Notes under the pieces: model-generated | What the model saw: the letters and a program-made list of their open reading frames with translations, nothing else | Databases searched by the model: none | Told to the model about the DNA's origin: nothing | Made by a program: the position numbers and the translations under genes | Assembly (NCBI RefSeq): GCF_009834535.1 | Contig: NC_045696.1 | Location: 43,402,001 to 43,466,000 of the forward strand | Direction of reading: 5' to 3' | Source: Camelus ferus | Taxonomy: Eukaryota | DNA length: 64,000 nucleotides | In this document: piece by piece, positions 25,823 to 40,195 of the stretch | Numbering within the stretch: the stretch's first letter is position 1 | Layout: the number at the start of each line of letters is the position of its first letter

Positions 25823-28800
25823 AGATACCACAGCCTTTTATTTCTCCATAGATGGAACTCACCACAGAGTAAGTTCTGTAGATTTAAAAACAACAAACAT
25901 TCTGTTTTAGGTCCTGTTTTGAGGGAAAAATAACAAAATGTGTTCCTAGCCCTCAGTATGTTATCTAGAGAAAGATGACATAAATACTTGCAAACTTGAG
26001 TGGTCCCCCTAAAATGATCTATTTAGAAGTTCTGAAAAGTAATTGTAGAAATATTACTTGGTAGTATACAATTTATTGCCAATGGCTAAAAGTTGTCTTG
26101 CTATAAAAGCTCAGTGTCTTAGTAATCAGTTCAGGCTGGATTGGCCATGGGAAGCTTCTAAAGAATTAGTAATGGATTACTAGTTTTGAAGAATGGATAT
26201 AGTAAGTCTAAAAGAAGAGGACAGGGAATGCCATTCTGGTTGATGGAATGGTAACCAAAAGTGCAATGTTAAAAAACATACCAGTTTTATTTTGGAGGCT
26301 CTCAATAAATCAGTTTAGGGAATGTGTACTAGTTGATAAGGCTAAAGATAAAAATAGAAACAAGTTAGGATGAATCTTAAATAAAAGATTATTAAAACAG
26401 TCATTTCTTATATTTGGTTTGGACTTGAGAGCAAGATATATATGCTCTATATTGATATATACTATATACATATATACTATATTGCCATTATAGTACTCAG
26501 ACTTCGTATCCAAATTCATTGCATTGCTTTATTCCTTCCTCCTTTACTTTTTGTTTTCCAAAATAGTCTACTCTCAATTTTCTTTCAGAAGTAGACCTAG
26601 AAGTAAAGTATTAGCATTGTATATTGAGGGAGAATAAGAAGATTCCATTATAGAGGAGAATTGTTGCTCATAAGAAATATGCTACATGCAAGAAAAATAG
26701 CACTACCAAATATAATTCAGTGACAAACACAATAAATGTATGACAATAACATTAATATTGCTAAGGTCATAAAAAATTTTAAAAAAAGAACAATAAGAAA
26801 AACATCCCACTAGAGATTATGTTAATCAAAATTTAGAGAACAAAATGAACCTTTTGAAATCAAATAACTATATGCATATCAGATTTATATGCATTGTTTT
26901 AACTGTCAGTAACAACCTGACAGGAAAAAAAGGGAAAATTAATGATAGCATATCATCAAGGGACCTAACGTCTAGGGTGTTTCACTTGTAAATAACCAGC
27001 TAATATAATTCAGTCAACATGGGCAAATTCATTAATATTCCAAGCTATCCCAAAAGGAAATGTCATATACAACAATTTGTTCTCATGTCCTTTCCCTTAA
27101 AAAATACTAATTGAAAAAAAATCAGAAATTTCTCTGATTAGTTCTTTGTGAGCATTATGACTAAGATTTGCTTGTATATCAGGAAAGATTTAAAATATTT
27201 CCCAGCATTTATGTGCTTCTATTTTTATTAAAATGGGTCCAAGAAAATTCTAGTAGCTTTGAACATTTGTCAGGAATCTTCAAACTTTCTAGCAAGTAGC
27301 TGATTACCAGTTATAAATATAAAGAATGACAGTCTTTGTATGTATTTTGCCATCATAAAAATATAATATATAGGATGTCAGCTAGCCTATATAGATACAT
27401 ACCTATGCACACACACAACTGATTGACAAATTGACTGACTTGAAATTTTCGTTACAGTTTAGCCTGAACAAAACTATGTTGTAGGCTCAGATGACTGTTG
27501 GTATTTGAATTACCAGGCTTTCCCCTAAGATTCCTAGTTCAAGATTAATCTACTATGGCATCAGACCTGGGCCTTGGCTCTTACTCTAACCCTTGTGCTA
27601 ACTCTTGCTTCTGCCCAACATGTGCTTGTCAACAAGTTATGCCTTCTACTGGACTGAATCTTTCTTTCTATTGTTTCATAGCACTTTGATTAAACCACTC
27701 TAAATTCCCGTATGTATTTTCTTATACTATGTCCAAAGATTTGTGTACTGTATTACCTTATGTTAGAATTACTAGTGTAAGATATTTTGTCCAAAGTAAA
27801 TTGTGAAATCTCTTTCAGGAAGAAACCACAGTGTTTTGTTTTGTTTTGTTTTGTTTGTTTAATTGCCAACAATTTGTATTAAAAATGGCAAAAAACTAAT
27901 TTAGTTTTTTAAATTTTTCCTTAAGTTCTTAACTAATCAAGTAATATTTTCCTTACTAAGGGCACTTTTGTTTTTCTGCATTGCAACAAGCACAATTTGC
28001 AACTACTTTAAGTATTTATATATATATTTTTGAATGGCTCTCCTATGCTACAAATTACAAGAGATCAGAGACCATGTTGTCTCTTTACCCTCGTGTACCT
28101 TTTCACATTTAAATCTTGCAAAGCACACCTTCTTTTTGCACGGGACCTCATAAACTGTTGACTGAATTTAATTAACCATATAAATGTAAAAAACAGAGGT
28201 AAATTCAAGTCTCTAAGGGGGTGAGAGAAATTAATAAATAACCAGATGACTGTGGCAAGTGTTATAATTCAGGTGTCAGGGCTCAGCACAGCACAATTCC
28301 TGGCACATAATCCCATCATTAATTGTGCAATTGTGTACTAAAGGGAAAGAAAAAAAGAAAGAAGGAAGGAAGGAAAGAAGGAGGGAAGGAGGGAGAGGAG
28401 GACTTTCCTTATCCTGGTATACACAAACCATAAAAATTTGAAGCTACCGACTGTGTCTTGGTAAATTGTCAGTCAATCTTGTCTGTGATTTTGCCCCAGA
28501 AATATGATACATACATATAAACATTAAAGTTTGCATAGCATTTAAGGAACTATAGGATGATAATCCCAAGTTAAGTACATCTTTCTTGGTATTATTACAA
28601 TTAGTGTTTTGTAGCACAGTAGCACACTTTATTTGAAAATAATTCAGAGTAATTTTCAACTCAAATGAACTTTAAAAAATATATCCTTTGCTTTTGATTT
28701 TTTCTCTATAAAATCCCCAAAGGGATGAAAAACTGGTGAAGATATTATGTACATCAGTAATTGCTTTGTCACTCTGTCAATTCAGGTTAGTTTAACAAGC

Positions 28801-29812
28801 ATGCACTGCTCATCTACACGTGCCTCCACTGCCCAAGGCTGCAGAGATTCAAATATGACCAAGGCACATTCTCAAGGATCTCACCGCCTACTTAGGTGGT
28901 GGTTATATGGTTGTAGTTGCAGATTTTTTCTTCCTCTTTCCTCTCCTTCTTTTCCTCTCTCCCCTCCTCCCTCTCCTGCTTCTCACCCTTGTAGGTTTCT
29001 TCTCCTTGTACGTTTTGGTAAATCTAATAGCTGGTGAAGTGAATACATTCCTTTACCAAACATGAGTAGTTTAAGTCTGACAGTCTCATTTGCAGTGAAA
29101 TATCTGTAGAGTTATAGCAGTTTTCAAATTATTCTACCCAAGAATTTAAAGCTTCAGCTACCTAAAAGTTTTCTAGTACTACATGTCCTAAAATATTAAT
29201 GTATAAATTATAAGTGACCTAGAAGAGACTTTGTTTACCATCATTTTACAATGTGATCTTAGGGAATGCTCAAAAGTGTGCACACATGTGTCTGTGTGTA
29301 TACATATATACATAGATTACGTACATTCATCTTCTTGACGTGCACAGATTTATATGCAAAGCTACGATTAACATTAGTGGAATTTATATATATACACAAA
29401 TGATTATTCTCTTCTATTTACTTGGAGCCCCTACTTCTAGTGTTTTCAATATTTTTTAATCATCACTAATATTCAGTAAAGACTTTTAAGCTGTCTCTAC
29501 AATCAAAGGATCTGGAAAATCTACTAGATCCAATGCATTCAGATGCATTTGTTACATCCTACAAGTATGCAAGTCAGTATACACCATGTTTTAGTTCTCT
29601 CATTTGCTTCATTTATTTCTGGTTTAGTTTTCTTCTTTCTTTTTTTCAATGTTTATATTATTTGTTTTGATATATAAATTTAAGTGTTAATGGCAACTCA
29701 GCTTGTTGTTTGTATACCTCTGGTAAAACTGCATACATTTCCCATTTTCTAAATACCTGAGGTTTCATTGCCTTTCTTTCCTACTCCTTGTAGTTACTAC
29801 AGAGAAGGGCCC

Positions 29813-30171
29813 TGCTATGTATGGTCTGAATGTTTATGTTCCTTCCAATTTATATATTGAAATCCCAAACCCAAAGACAATGATATGAGGATGTGGGGCT
29901 TTGGGACGTGCTTAATTCATGAGGGTGGAGCCCTTATGAGTGGGATTAGTGCCATATAAGAGAGGCTCCTGAGAGTTCCCTAGCCCCTTCCACCATGTGA
30001 GGATACAGGGAGAAGTCCGCAATCTAGAGGAGGGTCCTCACCAGAACCCAAGCCATGCTGGGCCCTGATCTTGGGCCTCCAGACTCCAAAACTGTGAGAA
30101 ATAAATTTCTGCTGCTTATAAACGCTCTGTCTGCAGCAGTTTGTTGTAACAAGCCCAAATAGACTAAGACA
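29813..30171 (+). mobile_element. MLT1A0-like solo LTR, complete, with perfect 5-bp TSD
   Basis: TG...CA termini (TGCTATG / CTAAGACA), AATAAA in the 3' part, GGCCC at 29808-29812 and 30172-30176. Confidence 0.95.
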
Positions 30172-31219
30172 GGCCCTTTCACAGGTGGTGACCTGTGAGC
30201 TATAATCTGTGCTGTCTGAGGTATAGTGGCCTGAGTCCTCAAAGGCTGGCAGTCAAAACCAGAGATTAATGTCGGTAGCCACCCAGGATACTGGACTGTT
30301 AAGGGCTGTCAGAAATCCTGCTCATGTCTTCCAGTTGAGCCAGTTGTGAAATAGCAACCTAAATGAATAAAAATAGTATTTTCAACTTGACACAGGACAT
30401 GAATCTTACAATTTTTGTTCCCATGAAAGAGACAAATTTATATGCTGGGGAAAAATAAAAAATATAGTATATAGTTTAAACTAGAATATGTTTTATTAAA
30501 ATAAATTAAATTGCTCCTCAAAGTGTTCTCTGAACCAAACTGAAGCAAATTGGTATACCTTATATGTTTTGAGTTCCTGTTTTATTTGCTTCTACCTTTG
30601 CTTCGTAAATTTAGAAGAACTCTTCATTTACCCCTCTTTTTTCCTTCCTAGTTAGTGTCACTTACAGTGAGAAAGTGCCTAGTAGACTTGACTGAGAAGT
30701 AGTAGAAGAATATATATAATTATTGTAATGCTCTTTTCAATAGCTTTTTCTATAGCTTTATCCACCCTGCCCATTCTTTAAAATCTCTGACATGCATCAG
30801 TAATTTAAAAATTTACAACTTGGAGAAACAAAATAAATACTGTAACATTCTCTCTTGTTCTTATATATACCATAACACCATTCCATTATAAGTTTACCCG
30901 AAATCCTACTATATATGAATTCACTTTATTTTACTTTGTCAAGTACATATCCATTGTATATTCTTATGTAGGTATTGACTGATGTAGTATGAGACTAATG
31001 TATATTATCAAATATACAATGTATATTATCAAAACTAAAGAAAAATACTGCATAACCTCTTACTGAAACTGTGAAACAGTAATCATGAGATAGTAAATAT
31101 AAACAAAATTCTCAGTAAACATTAACCATTTTCACTCTTGAAACAGTGTAAAATGTCATTTGCAATCCTTTAATTTAGCATGCAATCTATTTCTACACTT
31201 TTTAAGAATATATAAGCAA

Positions 31220-31270
<51 letters not shown>
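31220..31270. repeat. (TATC)12 tetranucleotide microsatellite
   Basis: Directly visible. Confidence 0.98.
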
Positions 31271-31784
31271 GTATTTATCTGTCTACACCCTCATAGTTCT
31301 ACCTTTAAAAATAATAATACACAAGATGGAGGACCTCCAATATTTTAAGTGCATCAAAAAATATTTAACTGTTTAATATTAACAAGAGCTTCATGATATA
31401 GGTACTATTTTCATTCCCTTTTCCCCCTGTTTTGGAAAGTTAAGCACAGAGAGATTGAGTTTTTTCCTCTAAATCACACAGCAAATAAGCAGCAGACTTT
31501 ATGTCCTAACTCTGAAGTTGTTAAGTTGTTGCTCTTAACAGGTGAGCATCACTGACTATTCATCCATCACACAGAAGTTTCAGAAGAATATTAATAAAAA
31601 TGTGACATAATAATAGTAGGAAATGATGAAGTTAGCACAAAGAAGAACAAAAATAATTTTACAAATGTACATCCATCACCATGAAAACTTACACAAAGAG
31701 ACTTCAAGCTACTTCAGAAGAAAATCTGTATTTCCTTCACACATGCCGAGATTTGAGCACCAATACAGTTTATAAACTAGCAAA

Positions 31785-32000
31785 CATTTTTGAGGCCTCT
31801 ACTATAAGGAAGGCACTCTGTTAGAAAGTCCTAATTGATATGCTTGCTTTGTTGAAGCCCCACCTACCTGAATCCTATGAGGCATTTTTTAACAATCATA
31901 TTTTATGGGTAAGGGGATTAAGATTCACAGAGGTTATCCAAGAGTCTTTCAAGGTGACATACCCAGTTAACCATAGTATTGGAATTCAAATCTATATCTT
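31785..32000 (-). mobile_element. MIR SINE
   Basis: AATCCTATGAGG, AGATTCACAGAGGTT, CAAGGTGACATACC, GGAATTCAAATCT..TCTAACTCCA. Confidence 0.65.
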
Positions 32001-32287
32001 TCTAACTCCACAAAGACACTAGAGAACTACTACAATGATAAGGATAGATTTGAAGATCTTACAGCTTTCTCACTAACCCCACTTCATATCACAGTAGTCA
32101 ATTTATGACAAAATGAGATTACCATCTTTTCCTTAATATGATCTTATTTCTTTTTATGAAACTTACAACTACTTGATAATTTATTTTATTGTCATTTTTT
32201 TCTATTAGAATACAAATTGTGAAAGAGTGGGGAGTTTATTTTGTTCAAGGAATACTATTCATGGATAGGAACTTAAGAAAATTATAT

Positions 32288-32747
32288 TGTCGATGAAAAA
32301 TTACAGTCAATTTAAGACAGAAATGGAAAATTTTATTCAAGCCAAATTTGAGGATTGTAACCCAGGAAGAGCATCTCAGAAAGCTCTGAGAACTGCTAAT
32401 TAGAAATCAAGGCACAGTTGTATAAGTTTTTTGAGACAGAGGGCTGTACATCAAATGACATATTATTGACAGTATACTTAATCCAGATCTAAGCAGTCAT
32501 CCTGGTGAGTCATGTAACACCTTACAAGATCAAGAAGGAATGCTATCTCTTAAGAATTTGTCTTATTGATGCTTGGAGGATGTTCCTCTTTATGAAGCAA
32601 GTATTCCTGCCAATGGGGAAGGCTTGATCGATGCATACTGCAGATACACAATGCACAGTCCGGGGAGACAGAAGGCCAAGGGACAGAGATAATTTTTAAT
32701 GTTCAAATTTTTCTTGTCTTGCCATAAAATATGAATTTTATCTCACA
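32288..32747 (-). mobile_element. ERV1-class solo LTR, MER41-like, with 4-bp TSD
   Basis: TG (32288)...CA (32747), ATAT at 32284-32287 and 32748-32751, minus-strand AATAAA at about 32332-32337. The first 200 bp (TGTCGATGAAAA..TTTATTCAAGCCAAAT..CTCAGAAAGCTCTGAGAAC..GGCACAG) follow the recalled antisense MER41 layout. Confidence 0.8.
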
Positions 32748-33212
32748 ATATTTAGGCAAGAAGTACATGAGTGCTAATTATGAAGACAGAGGTTTTAACA
32801 CCTGGTTTCCATTTCAAAGACAACCTTAGTTCTTTGGCTGATATCTGCTTGAAAAAGAACACCCCACTTTATAAAATAAACAAAAGATTTCTTGAAAATA
32901 ACTTTTTTATGTTTTACTGTAAAATTAATGCATTACAATTACTTATCATGCAGTGGAATAAGTGAAGTTATTCTGATATACAGAAGATAAATATCATATT
33001 CCTAGAAAGATAATGATATATCTTTTTGCTTTTTTAACTTTGCATCTCATAGAAATGGTGAAAAAAAGCACACACTGAATGGTACAGTAATCTGCCAGCA
33101 CTGCACATGTTAAAAGCAGAGAACCTGGAGATGGGTGATACCAGTTTGGAGGTTACGTACAAAGATGAGGAAGTCTTCAAGGAATATAGATAGAGAAAAA
33201 TGAGTATGTTCA

Positions 33213-33695
33213 TAATAGTTAAATGGTTACAAACATGACCAGGTTCTTAACTCTCATTCTATGTACACTTTTTAAATGTATTTTTATGATTCTCCAGCAA
33301 GAAGTGAAATCTATGTCCTTACTCTATGAATGTGAGTTAGCCTGTGACTTTCAGCAGAGATGATGGTGTGTGAGTTACAAACTGAGGCCTCAAGAGTCCT
33401 TGTGTGCTTTCATTTACTCTTTTACAATGCTATCTCATCTGTGTGAACAAGCCAAGGCTAGCCTGATGAAGGAGAAAAGTCACAAGGATCAGAGTCTTCT
33501 TCGACAGCCCAATCCAGACCCCAGCCTAAGATTTTAAAGCCTCAGCAAACCCCCAGTCAACCGTAAGTGATTGAGCTCAGACTCAAATAGAAAAAATAGC
33601 CCATCTGACTTGCAGACTAGTAAGTAAAGAAATGTTACTATGGGATGCTGGAGGATAGTTTATTGCATGGTGTTACTGTAATTAATATCTGATTC
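33213..33695 (+). mobile_element. MLT1F/MLT1H-like LTR
   Basis: GAAGTGAAATCTATGTCC, GCCTGTGACTT, GAGGCCTCAAGAG, GTGAACAAGCCAAGGCTAGCCTG; boundaries approximate. Confidence 0.65.
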
Positions 33696-36064
33696 GCTAG
33701 TGAAATATCACTAGAAGTTGTTCTTTCAGTGTTCTAGCTCTGTCATTAACAGAATGAATGTAAATAAATGAGGCTGCTTCTCCTTCTTCACTTTTATAAT
33801 GCCAAAAAAATGGAGGAATATTTATTCAGATGACTTCTAAAACCTCTTTGTTCTCATATTCAAGGGTTCTAGGAAATTGAGGAAGTTGAATTCTGGAATA
33901 CAATTCATAAATTTAGCCCTTTAAAAGTATACTTTTTTATCTTAAAAATATTGATTAGAGAGACTATTTCATTACTAACATATCATTTCTCATCTCTAGT
34001 GTTTACAAATAAAAGCAATGAAAAAGTGAGTCTTGTCACTGGAAGGTATCTGCCAACAAAAACATCAAAAGACTCTAAAAGCAAATGAGCTGATTGTTCA
34101 ACCATGGGAAAAACAAAGTCGAACTAAAACATTGGAAGTACATTCAAATGCTTATGGATGAAAAAAAATGCAGCATCCAGGCAAAGGATATCAAAGCCCT
34201 AAGAAATTATATAAATATATTTGGCTCTTATAGAGATCAAAACAAATACATAGAATTATAAAAAATAATATTGGTCTTCTAAAAGAATCGTAAAGAGTCT
34301 TATGTGTGTTTTAGGACACAACATATTAGCATAATGTCCTTCTAGCTCCTGAATAAAAGGAACTTTTATCTCTTAAAGTAAGTGAATCATAATGTATATT
34401 TATCTGAGTCATATTTTCAAAATTAAATCCACAATACTCTCTAAGCATTAATAGTAAGTGAAAGGGATAGACATAACAACAAATTCTGACAAAGGGAATT
34501 TTATTTTGTCTTGTGGGCTTTCATTTAAGCTAAGTGACTGAAAAGCTAATTTAACTGATAAAATTATGCTAGGACAGAGATTACTGACTGATAGTTCTAA
34601 CCTTCTATGATAATGTTTTTATATTTTTATAAGACTTTACAATATTTCAACCCAAAGGAATAAACACCTATAGGAGAAATCAGTAAGACCGAACTTGTGA
34701 GGTAGTGGTATTGCCTACTCATCCCACACCATGACGAGCCTCATTGTGGAGAAACCTCTACCTAAACACAGAAAATAACATGAATAGAAACAAATGAAGT
34801 TGCTTCTACACTTTAATTATATTGATTGATTGACTTCTAAACCCTTTTTTCCCCTAATTGTTTGCACTTTTTGAGGTCTTGACAACCACTAAGCCATTAG
34901 TGAGCCATATAAGTCCATGTTTCCTGCAGCATATGCACATCACCAATCTACTTATTCTTTCTGCCAAATAAAACGTTGTATCATTTTTTGCAGAAGTTAA
35001 TAGTTCAACTGCTGTCTTACTCAGGGAGGTAGAAATATATATATTATAACATATAATACATATTTTATGTATACATAAAGTGTTTATCAATCTATCTAAA
35101 CTAATCTAAAGTCTAGAAAGTAACAGGAAAAAAATTCAAACTGCCTTAAACAACAAGCTCATCTAATTTGAGGTCCAGAGATAGATCAAACCTCAATCTT
35201 TGAGTCAGTCAGTGGTCCAACAATGCTATGATCTTGGCTTCATTCTCTTAGGATCATTAGCTGGCAAGACTGGTTCCCCTCTGCTCATAAATCACTGGAA
35301 TGAATGGCAGTGGGACTAGATGCTTCCTTATTGGTTTCCCTGTGATTGGGTGTTCACACAAGACTTAATAACTTTGTCCAAGTGAGTAACAAATGTAATT
35401 AACTTAAGCATAGGTTTCTGATCTATCATTTACAAAGGGTTTGGAATTACTATAGTTAGTTTAGCTATACCAAAACTCAGGTCCTATGGATGGTATATGC
35501 ATTTTTCCTGACACACATGGGCTGCATTAAAAAATAGATAATTGAACAAAATCTAAATTCTGTCATGAAGGAGGAAGGTAAGGATGGATGAAGGGACAGA
35601 CAAACAATTACTACTATAAAGATATTTATCTTATAAGTCTGAGAAAAGATAACATAAGTGTTCTCAAATATTGAAGAGCTGCAGTCTGAAAATTGATAAC
35701 ATACAATTAAAGTTATATCTGATTTCTAGACAGATGAACATGACTATCATACAAAGAAAAATCATTACACTCAACTAAATGATTGTACTAACTGATCTAT
35801 ATGTTCAACCAAATTACATTTCTTATGACTTTCTATACAGATATTTAAGAAAATTACATTTTACTAAAATGTTAACTTAGATTAAATTTCTTAGATTTAA
35901 AAGTAAGATAAAACATCTAAACAAAATAGATACAAATCTATGTGGAATTACTGTTACATACATGCCTACAAATCAGTAGTTACACTGCCGCTAATATTTG
36001 AATCATTACATTTGCCACTCTTAATTATTATCTCTGACTTTAGTTAAACCAAAAGAGAACCTGC

Positions 36065-37655
36065 TTACATCACAACCATGTGGGATTTATTCCAGGTATG
36101 CAGGACTAACCCAACATTCAAAAATCAATTAATACAATCCATTACTTCAGTAGATAAAAAGAATTATCACATGATCATACTGATAGATGCAAAAAACCTA
36201 CCCCATTCACAATGAAATCTCTAGGAGTAGAGGAGAAGTTCCTCAACTTGATAAAGAATATGTACAAAAAAGCTATAGCTAACATCATACTTAATGGTGA
36301 GAACCTTGAAGCTTTTCTACTAAGAAGAGAAAAAAAATAAGAATGCCTCCTCTCACCACTGCTTTTAACATTGTACTGGAAGTCCTAGCTAATACAATAA
36401 GAATAGAAAAAATAAAGACATACAGATTGGAAAGTAAAAATAAAACTATCTTTGTTCACAGATGACATAATCTTCAATGTAGAAAATCTGAAAGAACTGA
36501 TGAAAAACTTCTAGTGCTAAGAAGTAATTATAGCAAAGTTGCAGTATACAAGGTTAACACATACAAGTCAATTGTTTTCTTATAAAATAGTGACAGACAA
36601 GTGAAACTTGAAATTAAAAACACAATGTGTATATCATCTACACTGGCACCCCAAAAATGAAATACTAACAAGTGCAAGATCTTTACAAGAGAAACTATAA
36701 AACTCTGATTAACAAAACCAAAGAACTAAAAAAATGACGATACATTCCATGTTCATGAATAGAAAGCCTCAGTATTATTATGGTATTTATTCTTCCCAAT
36801 TTGACCTATAAATTCAATGCAATATCAATCAAGATTCCAGTAGGTTATTTTGTGAATAACAACAAAATAATTCTAAATTTAAATAAAGAGGCAAAAGACC
36901 CAGAGTAGTCAACAAACTGTTGAAGGAGAAAAAATTGGACTTTAAGACTGACTATAAATCTTCAGTAATCAAGACATTTTTTGACAAAAGAACAGATAAA
37001 TAGATTGATGGAACAGAATAGAGAGCACAGAAATTTACCTACACAAATAATGATATTCGACAAAGGAGCAAAACAAAAACAATGAGAAAAAAATCTTTTC
37101 AACAAATTGTGCTGGAACAACTGGACATTTTTCATCTTAAACATAAATCCAAACACAGACCTTACAGCCTTCACAAAAATGAATTTAAAATGGATCTCAG
37201 GAACTAAATGTAAAACTCAGAAGTATGAAACTTTTAGAAGATAACATAGAAGAAGACCTACATGAACTTAGATGTGGTAATACCTTTTTAGATACAGCAC
37301 AAAGACACAATCCATGAAAAGAAAAGATAAAAAGAAAAAAATGGTAAGTTGGACTTCATTAAAATTAAAAACTTTTGCTCTGTGAAAGACAACATCAAGA
37401 GAATAGCAGAGAAACCACAGATGGGGAGAAAATATTTGTAAAAAACACATCTGAGTAAGGATTGCTATCCAAAATATATAAAGACTTCTTAAAGCTCAGC
37501 AATAAGAAAACAACCTATTTGACCCTGAAAAAGTAGCAAAAGAGTTTAACAGATACCTCAGCAAAGAAGATGTACAAATGGTGCATAAGTGTATAAGCAC
37601 AAAAGATATTTCATATCATTTGTCACTAGCAAAATGCAAATTAAAACAACAATGA
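36065..37655 (+). mobile_element. Old L1 (L1MB/L1MC-like) ORF2 3' half, host of a nested L1; resumes at about 41650-41735
   Basis: GTGGGATTTATTCCAGGTATGCA, GAAGTCCTAGC, TTCACAGATGACAT (FADD motif region), TTCAACAAATTGTGCTGGAACAACTGG, AAATGCAAATTAAAACAACAATGA; many stops and indels. Confidence 0.9.
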
Positions 37656-39501
37656 GAGGAGTGGCCAAGATGGCAGGGTAGGAAGACCCAGCGCTCATCT
37701 CCTCCCACAGGCACACCAAGATATCAACTATTTACAAAGCATCTATGCATGAAAGAGATCTTAGGACTAGCAGAAAAGATCTTCTACAGCTAAAAGTATA
37801 AAGAAGAAACTACTGTGAGACAAGTAGGAGGGGTGAAGACACAGTATAGTCAAGACCCACACCCTGAGGTAGGCAACCCACAAAAGGGATGATAATTACA
37901 ACTGCAGAGGTTCTCCCCAAAGAGTGAGTGGTCCTAGCCCCCCATCAGGCTCCCCAGCCCAGAGTCCTGCACCGGGAAGACAAGCCCACAGAATGTTTGA
38001 CTTTGAAGGCCAATGGGGCTTACTTTCTGGAGAGCCAGAGGAAAGTTCAAAATAGAGACTCCACTCTTAAAGGGTGCACGAAAATTTCACATGTTCTGGA
38101 CACCTAGGGCAGAAGTAGTAATTTGAAAGAAGCCTGGGTCAGACCCACTTGCTGATCTTAAGGAGCCTCCTGGAGAGGCAGGAGGCAAATGAAATTCACC
38201 CTGGGGACTTAGACACTGGCAGCAGCTCATCCCACCATGAGAACACTCGTGCTGGTAAGCACCATTTTGGAATCCTCTTTCTAGCTTGGTAGTGCCAGGA
38301 ACCAGCTTAGTCCACCAGCTAGTTGTCACCAGTCATGGGAGTCTCCAGGCAAGGCAGCTAGCTGGGCCCAGTCCACCAGCATGCCCTGGACCCAGCTCCA
38401 CCCATCAGTGGGCCAACACTAGCCCTGGATCTTAGCCTCAACCACCAAAGGGTACCATCCCTAGGACACTGAGACCTGGCCACGATCACCCACTAGCCTG
38501 CACTAGCTCCAGAACCTGGCCTCACCTACCAGGAAGCCAGAATCAACCTATAAGCTACCTGTAACTTGGCCTAACCTACTTGTGGGCCAAACAACTCCAG
38601 GACCAGTAAGGCCCTGTAGCTAGAGACCCCAGGACATGGCTCCACATACCAGTGGGCTAGCACCAGCCCCAGGACTCTCTATGCTCTGGCCCCACCAACC
38701 TCAGGCCAACATCAGCCCTGGGACTACCATGACCCCATGGCCAGCTGTGTTAAGACCCAGCCCACCCAGTAGTAGGCAGATCCTGCCCAGGGACACCATG
38801 ACACTTGCACCACCCAATAGCAAGACTATACCAGCTCTAGGACACCTTGGGTCCCTCAGTCAGCTAACCTGAGATCTGACCCCACCTACCTATTGGCCAG
38901 CACCAGCTCTGGGTCACCCTGCACCCTGAAGCCAGCAGTGTCAGGAACTGGCCTTGCCCAACAGGAATTGGACACAATCCCTGGGCCACCTCTGGGGCAC
39001 AGATCACCCATCAGGAGGCTGAATCTAGGTCTGGGATCCCTGAATCCACAGCTAGCCACCCCAGGACCCAGCTCTGTGCATGAGTGGGCCAGCAGTAGCC
39101 CTGGGACACCTAGGGCTCCGTAGCTAGTCACTTTGTAACCTGGCTCCACCTACCAGCATGCCAGCACCTAGACTGGAACACCATTGGCCATGCAGCTAGT
39201 CACACAACGACTTGACTACACCCACCAGCAGCTAGCAGCCTCCACACAAGGCAAGACTTGCAATGAACCAGATGCGAGACCATCCACACCTAGCAGACTG
39301 CCTATAGTAGTCAGCCTGCCACAACCGAAGGGCTCACGCAGCCCACAAATAGCGCACCCCTAAAGCATATATTTCTGGTGATCAGAGGGGATTGTGCTAC
39401 TGAATCCTATAGGCTGTTTCCTAAATAGGCTACTTCTACAAGAACAGGAAATGTAAACAACTTGCCAAATACACTGGAATAAAAACAGTGAATTAGGCAA
39501 A

Positions 39502-40195
39502 ATGAGGGGACAGGAACAAAATAAAAGCCCAGAAGGAGAACTAACAGAAGTGGAGATAAGGAATCTACTTGATAAAGAGTTTAAGGTAATTATCATAAAG
39601 ATGCTCAAAGAACTCAGGAGAAGAATGGATAAACAGAATGAGAAGTTAGAAGTTTTTAACAAAGAGTTGGAAAACAAAGAATCAAACAGAGCTGAAGAAT
39701 ACAATAACTGAAATAAAAAACAATACACTACTAGGAACCAACAGTAGATTAAGTGACACAGAAAAATGGATCAATAAACTAGAAGACAGAATAGTGAAAA
39801 TCACTCAAGTTGAACTGAAGGGAAAAAAAATAAATGAAGATAGTTTAAGAGACCTCTGGGACAACATCAAGCATACTAACATTTGTATTACAGGGTTATC
39901 AGAAGGAGAAGAGAGAAAGAAAGGGACAGAGGACATTTCTGAAGACATAATAGCTGAAAACTTTCCTAACATCCAGGTCCAAGAAGCACAGAAAGTCCCA
40001 AACAGAATCAATCCAAGGAGGACCACGCTGCAATTAAAATGACCAAAAAATAAAGATAAAGAGAGAATATTAAAAGCAGTGAGGGAAAAGAAACAAGTTA
40101 TATACAAAGGAAATCCCATAAATCTATAAGTTAACTCTTAATCAGAAGTTCTTCAGACCAGAAGGAGTGGCATGATATATTTAAAGTAATGAAAG
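39502..40195 (+). pseudogene. L1 ORF1p remnant (frameshifted, C-terminus deleted)
   Basis: Peptides ELTEVEIRNLLDKEFKVIIIKMLKEL and NEDSLRDLWDNIKHTNICITGLSEGEER..EDIIAENFPN are characteristic of L1 ORF1p. Confidence 0.9.

Noticed and set aside
38330..39300. CRISPR-like repeat/spacer array
   Set aside because: Mammalian DNA; the units are highly degenerate and lie within an L1 5'UTR
38087..40119. Antisense and Pro-rich ORFs in the L1 5' region (ORF0-like)
   Set aside because: Explained by GC-rich degenerate repeats and by the antisense of A-rich ORF1; no evidence of selection
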